The notes beneath the pieces were generated by a model. That model saw only the letters and a list, made by a program, of their open reading frames with translations, was not told the DNA's origin and did not search any database. Made by a program: the position numbers and the translations under genes. A stretch of 55,680 nucleotides of DNA from Candidatus Aminicenantales bacterium (GTDB taxonomy: Bacteria > Acidobacteriota > Aminicenantia > Aminicenantales > UBA4085), in contig JBEKTZ010000002.1 of assembly GCA_049515535.1 (NCBI GenBank), positions 91,787 to 147,466 on the forward strand. The letters run 5' to 3'. This document shows, piece after piece, positions 31,001-39,620 of the stretch (within the stretch, counting starts at the first letter, position 1; the number at the start of each line of letters is the position of its first letter).

Positions 31001-31381
31001 GGCCTTTCCGTCCGGAGTGAAACCCTGGACGACGTCCGCGGACGGATGCCAAGTCAGCCGTTTCGGGATGCCGCCCGCGGCGGGAACGAGATAGACATCG
31101 GTATTCCCATCATACTGGCCGCTGAAGGCGATCTGCGTTCCGTCCGGCGAGAAGGCCGGATAGCCCTCGATGCCCAAGTCGGTCGTCAGGTGCCGGACAT
31201 TCCTGCCGTCGAGGTCGGCGACCCACAGGTCGTTGGCATAGACAAAGGCGATATGTGTTTGGCTGATCGCGGGCTGCGTCAGCATCTTCGTATCGGTGAT
31301 ATCGATGGCGTTAAGAAAGCTCAACGACGCCATAAACACGAACGCCAGCGCCGTGATTCTTGGCCCATAAGCATTCCGCAT
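28049..31381 (-). CDS. Tricorn protease homolog (S41; PD40 propellers, PDZ)
   Basis: AAGGAGG then ATG 31381; signal peptide; FSPDG repeats, DERFNGGG, AGSGGD, GKRTWGG. Confidence 0.93.
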   Translation of the reverse strand: MRNAYGPRITALAFVFMASLSFLNAIDITDTKMLTQPAISQTHIAFVYANDLWVADLDGRNVRHLTTDLGIEGYPAFSPDGTQIAFSGQYDGNTDVYLVPAAGGIPKRLTWHPSADVVQGFTPDGKAVLFSSGRASYTASYAQLYTVPLDGGFPTQLKVPNAFRASFSPDGARLAYNPLPEAFTQWKNYRGGRNSVIWILKLSDYSFEKVPQPEGRSNDPGPMWIGDKIYFRSDRNGEFNLFSYDPKTKDMKQLTAYKDYPVLNASAGGGKIIFEQAGEIHVYDPQAGTNKRLVIGVSADLNELRERYVKGSRWVRNADLSPSGARAVFEFRGEIVTVPAEKGDPRLITGTPGTHERSPVWSPDGKSIAYVSDASGEYELHVRAQDGKSAAKTYKLTGSGFYDSPVWSPDSQKISFGDNSRTLYWIDLKTATQKKIASDYQLGGRGGNATSWSPDSKWIVYVLNSATYIQKIYVYSLDQDKSFPITDGLSEVSEPVFDATGKYLYFFSSTDAGPVKQWFDMSNADMRLTSSIYVAALTNAAPNPLARESDEEQGTPEKPAADKPAAEKAAPAKPEAKPVPAKDEKAGGTQAKPGAEFKIDFEGLNHRILALPVAAGIYRSLSAGEAGQIFYLENAPDVGSSAAPGATLHKFDFKTRKDEVVLGSVSGYDLSADKKKILYSSGGAFFITAVGPKPQPGQGRLAVDAIEVKINPISEWKQIFDEAWRINRDYFYATNMHGVDWPAMKRKYEIFLPHLSCRNDLNRVIQWMCSELGVGHHRVGGGDSPNTPKTVPGGLLGADYAIENGRYRFKKVYGGLNWNPDLRSPLTEPGVDVRAGEYLLAVNGKDLRPPANLYAMFESTAGKIVEITVGPNPDGVGARTVQVVPIESESNLRNRDWVETNLRKVEQATGGRVAYVYVPNTTTLGHTYFKRYYYPQADKDAIIVDERFNGGGLVADYYIDHLRQPLISYWNMRYGADLKTPSASIQGPKVLLTDETAGSGGDLFPWMWRKFKLGPIVGKRTWGGLVGTLGFPVLMDGGSVTAPNLAIWTEDGWVVENIGVPPDIEVEQIPADVIAGHDPQLEKAIQVVMDELKKNPPKKPQRPPYPIHIK

Positions 31382-31498
31382 TTTGCCCTCCTTGAAGAAA
31401 TGATAAAGATTTATAGCATACGAACTCCGATAAATCAAACGAGGCGGAAGGCCGCCGACGCGCTTGTCAAGTCGGGAGTTTTCTCGTACGATATCGGG

Positions 31499-32971
31499 AT
31501 GCCGCGCGGTTTCGTCAAAGATTTCTATGACGTCCAGAAGGAACAAAAAAAGAAAAGCCTTTTCCTGTTCGCTGTCCTGTTTCTTTTTTACGTCGCCGCT
31601 ATCGGCGTCCTTATTTTCGCGTTCGATTTCGGCATCGGGGCGGTCTTGGCCGGTCCCCGGACGTTCTCGGGAGCGCGCATCGCCGGAACGCTGGGGCTCG
31701 CGCTCGCTTTTGCCGTAGCCATCGCGGCTTTCCAATATCACGACGCCCGGAAAAACGGGGCTCCGTTCATCCTGAAGAGAATTTCGGCAAAGCGTCCCGA
31801 TCTCACGGACCTTTACCACCGGCAATTCATGGATGTTGTCCAGGAGATGGGGATCGCGGCGGGCATCCCGGCCGCCCGGCCCTATGTCATTCCCGACCAC
31901 ACGATCAATGGCCTGGCGCTGCTGGAGCCAGACGGAGTCGCGGCCATCGCCGTGACGGAAGGGATGCTGGCCGATTTCACGAGGGATGAACTCGGAGCCG
32001 CGGTCGCCCATGAATGCGCTCATATCGTTCGCGGCGACACCTTCTTTCTGACATTCGTCTGTTCGATGGCCGATTTTTTCGAGCGACTCCGGGATTCCTT
32101 CTCTCCGGGAAAGGACGGAGAGAAGGAGGAATCTCTTTTGATCACAACGATCTTCATGCGCCTTTTGAGCCGGTTCATCAGCCGCGAACGCGAAATCCTA
32201 GCCGACGCGGCCGCGGTCGAGTTGTGCCGGAACCCGGTCGGGCTGGCGCGGGCGATCTACAAAGCGCATATCAAGAACTCATTCGTCGGGGACTTCGACG
32301 CGACATACGCCCCTCTCTTCATCGTCTCGCCGGAATCGAGAGGAGAAGGCGAAGACAAAGTCGAGCGATGGATGGACACCCACCCTCCCCTCATGAAGCG
32401 GATTCGGCTGCTGGCCGAAATGGCCGACGTCCGTTCGAGCGACGTGATCCGGCAGGTCTGGGAAACACAGACACGCCGGGAGGCGGCGAAGTCCCTCGAG
32501 CCCGTGCGTCCTGAAACCTCCTTGGCCGCAGGCCAGCGCCGGCCGGCCGAAGCCGCCGGCGTATCGGGCGAAAGAGGAAAATGCCCGCATTGCCGGACTC
32601 CGCTCGCCGATGATTTTTATGAGGGCGTCCCCATCCAATATTGCCGGCACTGCGCCGGAAAGCTCGTCGACGGGGATATCGTGGACCGGATCCTGGCCCG
32701 GACGGAAGTCGGATTTTCCGATGATCTCCGTGGAAAAGCCGAAGAGTTCCGCGAACGCTTCTTGAGGAACCCGATCAAAACGATGAAGATCAACGACCGG
32801 AGCGAAGCTCATCCGGCGTGTCCCGGCTGCGGCTATAACATGGCACCGCGGCCGTTCAATTACCAATACTTCGTCCCCGTGAAGAAATGCCTCTCCTGCG
32901 GCCGGATCTGGTTCGACGCCGATGAACTCGAAATCCTGCAGATCCTGGTCGAAGAGGCAAAAGCCCGCTAG
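31499..32971 (+). CDS. M48/HtpX-like membrane zinc metalloprotease with two C-terminal zinc ribbons
   Basis: Two TM helices, AVAHECAH, SREREILAD, THPP; CPHC..CRHC and CPGC..CLSCGRIWFD; promoter TTGTCA-17-TACGAT ends 6 nt before the ATG. Confidence 0.88.
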   Translation: MPRGFVKDFYDVQKEQKKKSLFLFAVLFLFYVAAIGVLIFAFDFGIGAVLAGPRTFSGARIAGTLGLALAFAVAIAAFQYHDARKNGAPFILKRISAKRPDLTDLYHRQFMDVVQEMGIAAGIPAARPYVIPDHTINGLALLEPDGVAAIAVTEGMLADFTRDELGAAVAHECAHIVRGDTFFLTFVCSMADFFERLRDSFSPGKDGEKEESLLITTIFMRLLSRFISREREILADAAAVELCRNPVGLARAIYKAHIKNSFVGDFDATYAPLFIVSPESRGEGEDKVERWMDTHPPLMKRIRLLAEMADVRSSDVIRQVWETQTRREAAKSLEPVRPETSLAAGQRRPAEAAGVSGERGKCPHCRTPLADDFYEGVPIQYCRHCAGKLVDGDIVDRILARTEVGFSDDLRGKAEEFRERFLRNPIKTMKINDRSEAHPACPGCGYNMAPRPFNYQYFVPVKKCLSCGRIWFDADELEILQILVEEAKAR

Positions 32972-32996
32972 GCCAACGGCCGGATCGCCCGGTCCG

Positions 32997-33719
32997 TCAA
33001 TTGAACAGTTTTTCGAGCGCTTGATATTTCGCGTGGACGTCGTCCACGCCCTTGTCCATGCCCGCGTGATCGTGCGCCTGGCCGGAAGCATCGAGTTGCC
33101 TTGCCTCGGTCAACAGCTCGGCCGCGGCCTTTTTGAAAGCTTCGCTTTTGGCTTCCAATTTCTTCGGCAGAGTCGATTTCGTAATGGCCTCGGCCTTCGT
33201 CACGAGATCCGCCGTGACACCCCGGATCTTGTCGTAGGCTTTATCCGGAAGGTATTGATGATAGACAACATAAAGGACTTGATGGAAATCGTCCATTTCC
33301 TTGAGCACCGGGGCCAGGGCCCGGACCAGGGCTTCATATTTGGCATGAAGATTTTCGGCAGCGGCCAGAAGCGCCTGGTCGTCTTTGCCTGAAGCGGCGG
33401 CGCCGTAATCGTCGACGGCCTTTTTCAAAAGAGCCACGCCCGCTTTCCACTGGACTTCTTTTTCTCTCAAAATGCCCGGCAGTTTGGCGGCGTAAATCGG
33501 AGCGGCTAATTTGTTGATTTCGGCGACATAGCTCCTCAGCGCGGCGAAGTCCTTCGCCGGATAAGCCGTATGCCAGATCGGATAAATAATGTCATGAAAA
33601 GCGACGAGTTCGGGAACTTCGCTCTTGGTCTCATCCGCCATCTCCTGGGCGCGCGCGGCCAAGCCGAGGCTTGACAAACAGATGACGACGCAGATCGAGA
33701 GCCCAATTTTTTTCATCAT
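32997..33719 (-). CDS. Secreted helical protein with two His-containing internal repeats
   Basis: GGAGG RBS; signal peptide; FHDIIYPIWH...LHAKYEAL and FHQVLYVVYH...VHAKYQAL. Confidence 0.8.
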   Translation of the reverse strand: MMKKIGLSICVVICLSSLGLAARAQEMADETKSEVPELVAFHDIIYPIWHTAYPAKDFAALRSYVAEINKLAAPIYAAKLPGILREKEVQWKAGVALLKKAVDDYGAAASGKDDQALLAAAENLHAKYEALVRALAPVLKEMDDFHQVLYVVYHQYLPDKAYDKIRGVTADLVTKAEAITKSTLPKKLEAKSEAFKKAAAELLTEARQLDASGQAHDHAGMDKGVDDVHAKYQALEKLFN

Positions 33720-33850
33720 AAAGACCTCCAAATCATCTTAAAGAATTTCCTATTATGTCTATTTTAATAAAACTTTCAAGACGAAAGCGAAAAAAGCGCC
33801 GTCTGGGAATGCTCAAGCCGATGAAAGAACGATCCAAAGCGCTTCTTTTC

Positions 33851-35875
33851 TTATTTGACCATCGGGAAAACGGAAATGCGGAGCCGGGCGCAGCCCATGG
33901 GAATAAGCGTGATTTCTTCCAAAGGCTCGCTCGTCGCGAGCGGGCCGACCGGGACCTTTCCGACCATTCGTCGATCATTTTTCCATCCCGGCACGCGCTT
34001 CGCTTTGGCTCTTAAAACGATGGGAGCGTCGTCCTGGGTGAAAGGCTGATTGGCCACGGGCCTGAAGGCGGACACGGCCATGGACGCGCCCGGATCAGCC
34101 GCGTTCACGGCCAATCCGTAATTCCATGGCGTAGTCGGCTGAATCTCATAGGCGGGCCAGGCGTCCGTTCCGCCGTAGCGCGCGATCCGCTCTCCGATCT
34201 TGAGCGAAAACCAGAGCGGTCCGCGACGGACGGAGACCGCCTGGCCGAGGGCCGTCCAAGTCTTGATCTCGATCTTTTGCGGAAGTTCGAGACGGACCTG
34301 GTCGCCGTTCTTCCACGTCCGCCGGAGCCCGACATAAATGGACGGCGGAGCCGCCGTCTTCGTGTCTTCGCCGTTGATGAGGATTCTCGCCCGAGAGCAC
34401 CATTCCGGAATCCTGACATAGAGAGAAAACTCGACGGGCGCGCTCGTCCCAACCCGGAAATCGATGACGTCCCCGAAAGGATAAGACGTCTCTTCGGAAA
34501 TCCGGACATCCGCGCCGGAGCCGACTCGGGCGCTCACCCGGGAAGGAGCGTAAAGAGCCGCGGCCAGCCCCTCGTCCGGGGTCGCCAGCCACAGATGTTC
34601 GGCGAAATACGGCCAGCCGAATCCGAAATTATGCTGGCAACAGCGATAGCTCCATGGATCGTAGGACAGGAGCGTCCCTTCGTTCTGGAAATCGTGTTCG
34701 CCGGAACTGTCGCATGAAATGAGATTGGGAGCCGTCAGGTAGTGCAGCCCTTTGAGATCGGGCATGACGGCGGCCGGCAAGGAATTGAAGGCGATTTCTT
34801 CGCACCGTTCCGCATAGCGCGTCTCGCCGGTGATCTTCAGAAGCGATTCGTTGGAATACATGAACTCGACCATGGAGCAGGTCTCGGCCCCCTGTCGCGG
34901 GTCGCCGTGACCGCGCCTCAAGTTTTCGTCGGCGCCGAACATGCCGCCGGGCTGCTGCCCGAATTCATCCATGAGCAGGCGATAATTGCTTTCGACAGCC
35001 CGAATATATTTTTGATCCTTGGACTGCTGAAAATAAACGCCGGGCTGGCGGAGCCCCATGGCGATGTTGACCCCGTGGTAGAAAGAGCTGATCCGGTCAT
35101 GGGCATCCCGCTCCGGATTGAAAAGGGGCGACGTCCAATCCGACGTCCGCTCGAAGAGTCTCCGTCCCAGATCGAGAAGAACCTTATCGCCCGTCCGGTT
35201 GTAGAGCCAATAAACGCTTTCGAGGTTGTCTCCTCCCCTCAGCTTCTGCCAGCTGCCGGGAAGAAGGTTCTCGGGCCGAAGGCCAAGCTCATATCGGAAG
35301 TAGTTGGCCATGAACGGAAGGATGCGCGGATCCGCGGTCGCTTCATAATAGCTCTGCAGGACGAAGAGCATGAGCATGTTCGGCCAGAGGTCGAGGTTCT
35401 TCTTGTTGTCGGGAGGCCCGAAATACCCGTCGGGCTGCTGGCTGCCGAGGGTTTCCTCGATCCAGCCCTTCGCTTCAGCGATGAGCGCGGCGTCCCGCAG
35501 AAGATAACCGAGGTCGCCGAAGCCCTTCAGCCAATACGGCATTTCCTCCCAGCCCTTGGCCTTGAGCGTCAGCCAGCCGCTCCCCGAACTCAAAAATCCG
35601 CTCAGTTCCTTGAGGCGCCCCGTGAATCCGCCGCGCATGAGCTGGAGTTGGCTGAGGAGCCATCCTTTGGGCTCGATCGCGCCGATGGGAAGCTTGAGGA
35701 GCGGACTCCGGAGGAGAGGATCGCGATTGCCGACATAATAGCGATTCCGGCCGTTCGCCGGCAGAATCTTGACGATGGCGATCTGCGTCCCCGGGCCCGC
35801 GCTATTCGCCTGACCCACCGCTATGAACGCCGGGAAAAGGCCGATGGCCCACAGGGAAAGAAGAAGCGTTTTCAT
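33851..35875 (-). CDS. GH127/GH146 beta-L-arabinofuranosidase-like protein
   Basis: GWEEMPYW, HGVN, GADE, ETCS, FNSLP, CCQHN, T.YPF, RGPL, LIPMGCARLRI. Confidence 0.85.
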   Translation of the reverse strand: MKTLLLSLWAIGLFPAFIAVGQANSAGPGTQIAIVKILPANGRNRYYVGNRDPLLRSPLLKLPIGAIEPKGWLLSQLQLMRGGFTGRLKELSGFLSSGSGWLTLKAKGWEEMPYWLKGFGDLGYLLRDAALIAEAKGWIEETLGSQQPDGYFGPPDNKKNLDLWPNMLMLFVLQSYYEATADPRILPFMANYFRYELGLRPENLLPGSWQKLRGGDNLESVYWLYNRTGDKVLLDLGRRLFERTSDWTSPLFNPERDAHDRISSFYHGVNIAMGLRQPGVYFQQSKDQKYIRAVESNYRLLMDEFGQQPGGMFGADENLRRGHGDPRQGAETCSMVEFMYSNESLLKITGETRYAERCEEIAFNSLPAAVMPDLKGLHYLTAPNLISCDSSGEHDFQNEGTLLSYDPWSYRCCQHNFGFGWPYFAEHLWLATPDEGLAAALYAPSRVSARVGSGADVRISEETSYPFGDVIDFRVGTSAPVEFSLYVRIPEWCSRARILINGEDTKTAAPPSIYVGLRRTWKNGDQVRLELPQKIEIKTWTALGQAVSVRRGPLWFSLKIGERIARYGGTDAWPAYEIQPTTPWNYGLAVNAADPGASMAVSAFRPVANQPFTQDDAPIVLRAKAKRVPGWKNDRRMVGKVPVGPLATSEPLEEITLIPMGCARLRISVFPMVK

Positions 35876-35887
35876 GATGTCATCGCC

Positions 35888-37093
35888 CTATTTTTTCATG
35901 ATCGACGCCGCGACAACGTTCGCCACCCGGCTCCGCAACGGAACGATCTGGCCCTTGTCGTCCGGATGGACGCTGTTGGTCAGGAGAATGACGGTGGTTT
36001 CGCTCTCCGGGTCGATCCAGATCGACGTGCCCGTGTAGCCGGAATGGCCGAACGAGCGCGGTCCGAAAAGGTCGCCGCCGTTGCTCGCGTAGGCCGAACT
36101 CAAATCCCAGCCGAGGCCGCGTCCGGCGAACTCCGCTTTGGGATAGATCGTGGTCATGCGCTCCACGGCGAGCGGACTCAGGATGCGGACGCCTTTGTAC
36201 TCTCCCTTGCCGAGGATCATCTGGGCGAATATCGCCAGGTCATCGGCCGTGGAAAAAAGCCCCGCGTTACCGGAAACCCCGCCCTGCAGCCGGGCCAGCG
36301 GATCATGGACGACGCCGACGAGCGGTTTTCCGTCGATGATCTGCGTCGGCACGCAGAACGGCAGATATTTCGGACCCGGATTGTAAAATGTGTGGTTCAT
36401 CTTCAGGGGGTGGAATATGTTTTCCTCGGCGAAAACATCGATCGTCCGGCCGCTCACCTTTTTCACGATATAGGCCATCGTGATGTAGCCGAGACAGCTG
36501 TAATGGAATTCCGCGCCAGGCGGGTTGGTCTTTTTCAGTTGAGCGATATAGCGGACAAGGTCGTCGACGGAACACGGATCTCCCAATTTTTTCTCCGCTT
36601 CGGCCGCGTCCGTATAGGGCGGAAGCCCGGACGTATGGGTCAGGAGATTCCAAATCCGGGCGTCATCGCCTTTGTCGCCCCAATAATCCGCATAGGGAAC
36701 GAACTCGGGAACGTACATCTTGACCCGGTCCCAAAGCGATATTTTTCCTCGCTCGACCAGAAGCATGATCGAGGTGGCCGTGGCGACGGGTTTCGTGATC
36801 GAAGCCAGATCGAAGATCATGTCGGCCGATAAGGGCTTGTGCTGAGGAACCCACTGGGATTCGCCGTACGCTTCGCGCACGATGATCTTTCCCTTGCGCG
36901 CCACGAGCAAAACGGCGCCGGGGAATTCCTTCCGGGCGATGGCCTCTTTAATAATCGGATGGACCAGGTTCAGCCGCTCAGCCGATAGGCCGACTTCTTC
37001 CGCGTTGGATGACGGCAGGGTTTGCCGCCCGCAAGCCAAGGAAAGAAAGACAAGGGCCGACAACCCCAAGAGTGCGATGTTGGACTTTTTCAT
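35888..37093 (-). CDS. Serine hydrolase (beta-lactamase class C/AmiE-like) lipoprotein
   Basis: Lipobox SLAC; ASITK, LLTHTSGL, YS, GHSGYTG. Confidence 0.88.
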   Translation of the reverse strand: MKKSNIALLGLSALVFLSLACGRQTLPSSNAEEVGLSAERLNLVHPIIKEAIARKEFPGAVLLVARKGKIIVREAYGESQWVPQHKPLSADMIFDLASITKPVATATSIMLLVERGKISLWDRVKMYVPEFVPYADYWGDKGDDARIWNLLTHTSGLPPYTDAAEAEKKLGDPCSVDDLVRYIAQLKKTNPPGAEFHYSCLGYITMAYIVKKVSGRTIDVFAEENIFHPLKMNHTFYNPGPKYLPFCVPTQIIDGKPLVGVVHDPLARLQGGVSGNAGLFSTADDLAIFAQMILGKGEYKGVRILSPLAVERMTTIYPKAEFAGRGLGWDLSSAYASNGGDLFGPRSFGHSGYTGTSIWIDPESETTVILLTNSVHPDDKGQIVPLRSRVANVVAASIMKK

Positions 37094-37130
37094 TCTCTCC
37101 CTCCGCTTCTAAACCGTGTCGTTATAAAAA

Positions 37131-38321
37131 TCACGATTCCTCATGGACCTCAAGCGAATTCACGGCCCGTTCTATCCGCTCCAAAGCTTCTGTCAGCAAC
37201 GACCGGGGGCAGCCGAAATTGAGCCTGACGAAGCCGTGGAGTTCCTCGCCGAACAGCGGACCCTCATTGAAAAAGACCTTGGCTTTCCTCAGGAAAAACT
37301 CATTGAGCGCCCCCTGCTCCATCATCAGCGGACGGCAATCCAGCAGCACAAGATATGTTCCTTGGGGCCGGACGATCTTTATCCGCGGGACCTTCTCGGC
37401 CAAGAAACGCTCGAGAATATCCAGGTTCCCTTCAAGATAGACGAGAAGGGCATCGAGCCAGTCGGCCCCGCTCTCATAAGCGGCTTCCATGGCGATCAGC
37501 CCGAAGATATTGCCCATATTCAAGCCGCCGCTCCGGATTTGAGCGTCAAAAAGCCTTTTGAGCTCGGAATTGGGAATGACGGCGAAAGACGTGTTCAGGC
37601 CGGCGACGTTGAATGTCTTGCTCGGAGCGTGCAAAGTCACCGTCCGCCCGGCGAGGTCCCCGGAAATGGCGGCCAGCGGATGATGGTCATGTCCTTTGAA
37701 AACGATCTCGGCGTGGATCTCGTCAGAAATGACGATCAAATCCCTGGCCGCGCAGATCTCCCCCAGCCTGGCAAGCTCATCGCCCGTCCAGACGCGGCCG
37801 ACCGGATTGTGCGGACTGCACAGGATGATCATCCGGGTCCGCGCGTCGATTTTTCTTTCGAGGTCCGCGAAATCCATCTCAAAACGGCCCGCCGCGAACT
37901 TCAAAGGATTGCGGATCAGCCGGCGCCCGTTGTTTTTGATGACATGATGAAAGGGATGATAGACCGGCGTCTGGATGACGATCCCGTCGTCCGGTCGAGT
38001 GAACGCGTTCAGGCAGAGGCTGAGCGAAGGGACGACGCCGGGACAGCGGGAAAGCCATTCCCTGCGGACGTCCCAGCGGTGCCGGATCTTCAACCAATGA
38101 ACAACGCTGTCCCATAGGGAGGGCGAGGCCAAAGGATATCCGTAAATCCCGTGCTCGGCCCGTTTTCTGACGGCTTCAACGACCGCGGGAGGCGCGGGAA
38201 AATCCATATCGGCGACCCACATCGGGATGACGTCTTTTTCGAGAAGAATCCGTTCGCGGCAATCCCATTTCATGGATCCGCTGCCGCGCCGGTCTATGAT
38301 AGTGTCAAAATCGAACGCCAT
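37131..38321 (-). CDS. MalY/PatB-family PLP cystathionine beta-lyase
   Basis: PMWVADMDF, CSPHNPVGRVW, SDEIH, APSKTFNVAGL, RLNFGCP. Confidence 0.92.
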   Translation of the reverse strand: MAFDFDTIIDRRGSGSMKWDCRERILLEKDVIPMWVADMDFPAPPAVVEAVRKRAEHGIYGYPLASPSLWDSVVHWLKIRHRWDVRREWLSRCPGVVPSLSLCLNAFTRPDDGIVIQTPVYHPFHHVIKNNGRRLIRNPLKFAAGRFEMDFADLERKIDARTRMIILCSPHNPVGRVWTGDELARLGEICAARDLIVISDEIHAEIVFKGHDHHPLAAISGDLAGRTVTLHAPSKTFNVAGLNTSFAVIPNSELKRLFDAQIRSGGLNMGNIFGLIAMEAAYESGADWLDALLVYLEGNLDILERFLAEKVPRIKIVRPQGTYLVLLDCRPLMMEQGALNEFFLRKAKVFFNEGPLFGEELHGFVRLNFGCPRSLLTEALERIERAVNSLEVHEES

Positions 38322-38338
38322 GGGTCTGGCCGTAAGGT

Positions 38339-39448
38339 TCAGCGGTCCTTCCACACTTTGCCGTCTTCCCGGATGCGCCAGATATCGCCGGCTTCACCTT
38401 TATAAAACGCTTCAAAAAGGCTGTCCGTCGTTTGGATGACGGGCGGAAACCCGTATCCTTTGAGTTTAAGATCTTTCTCCTTCAGTCCAAGGACCTTCCA
38501 ATCGCTTGAAAAAGCGCCTTTTTCGGCCCGCGAGGCCCATTCGGCATAATAAATCTTGCGGAGCGCCCATTTCGCTTTTTCTTCCGGCTTATCCTGAAAG
38601 GAATCCCTGCCCCGGCCGGCGATTTTTCCCGAAAATTGGACATAACCCCACATTTCCGGATAATGGATGTTGACCAGGCCCGAGGGCGACCAAACCCAAT
38701 TGTCTTCGGGCAAAGGCTTGCCGCTGGACGGATCGTTGGCCTTGACGTAATTCCCGTCCACGACGTTCAGCCGGTATTCGACCCTGGAGAAATTCAGCCG
38801 CCATTGATCCCCGGCTTTCGGCGATGATTTCGGAAACGCCGCCTCCTTGAGGACTTCCCAGGGCATGGCGATCTCGGCGAACCAGCCCTTGTCCTTGTCA
38901 TTGGGGTCGTTGAGCGTCCCGTTCACCTTGACCGCGGACTTCAAGCCCTGGATGTCCCAGGAATGAATGGCCGGGCCGCCGTCGCGATAAGGCTTGACGA
39001 GGAAAAGGTCCCAGATCGTGTTGAGGGCGTTCATCTCGAGCTCATAATAATTGTGGGTATCTCCGTCGGGATCGATGAAGACCTCGAAGTCGTTGTCCTG
39101 ATAAATGATCGAATCGCGCTTGGTCAAGGTCGCCCAGACGTTCGGCTCCTCAAGATACGCGCCGATATAAAAGTAGTCATCGTCCCAAAGCATCTTGACC
39201 ATCGTCCGGAACCGCGGCTTGCCTCTCGAAGAACCTTCGATATCCAGGAAAGCGTCCGACCAGGTCGCCTTGGACCAGACGTCCTCGTCCAGATCGCCGT
39301 CGATCTGGACAGGGCTCGCGGCGCGATAGCAGATGGTTTTTGGAGGATCAAAAGGGATCTTCGGCTCAGGCACTTTGGACGGCGCGGGGAATCCCAAAAC
39401 GATAAGAACCACCATTACGGAAAGAAAGCCCATGGCGCGTTTGATCAT
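38339..39448 (-). CDS. Carbohydrate-binding family 9-like secreted protein
   Basis: AAGGAGG then ATG 39448; IDGDLDE..W, KMLWDD, DNDFEVFIDP, WRLNFSRV, NWVWSP. Confidence 0.8.
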   Translation of the reverse strand: MIKRAMGFLSVMVVLIVLGFPAPSKVPEPKIPFDPPKTICYRAASPVQIDGDLDEDVWSKATWSDAFLDIEGSSRGKPRFRTMVKMLWDDDYFYIGAYLEEPNVWATLTKRDSIIYQDNDFEVFIDPDGDTHNYYELEMNALNTIWDLFLVKPYRDGGPAIHSWDIQGLKSAVKVNGTLNDPNDKDKGWFAEIAMPWEVLKEAAFPKSSPKAGDQWRLNFSRVEYRLNVVDGNYVKANDPSSGKPLPEDNWVWSPSGLVNIHYPEMWGYVQFSGKIAGRGRDSFQDKPEEKAKWALRKIYYAEWASRAEKGAFSSDWKVLGLKEKDLKLKGYGFPPVIQTTDSLFEAFYKGEAGDIWRIREDGKVWKDR

Positions 39449-39620
39449 GCGGGGACCTCCTTGGACATGTCCGTTGCTCTTTCTTTTCGATTTCCTATGA
39501 TACAGGAAATCGCCCCCGCCGTTGAAGAATTTTTTTTTGGAAAATGGCGGCAAGATGAATGGGGCTTATCGCTTTCAAGATAGGGCGATACGCCCAGCTC
39601 TGTCGTTCTCCGCGGCGTCC

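Noticed and set aside
31046..32023. Apparent 1-kb overlap of the 1324-aa tricorn ORF and the 641-aa M48 ORF
   Set aside because: Both are over-extended; RBS, signal peptide and promoter place the starts at 31381 and 31499
35888..37093. Beta-lactam resistance gene
   Set aside because: SxxK serine hydrolases of this type are mostly esterases or amidases; nothing specific for a beta-lactamase
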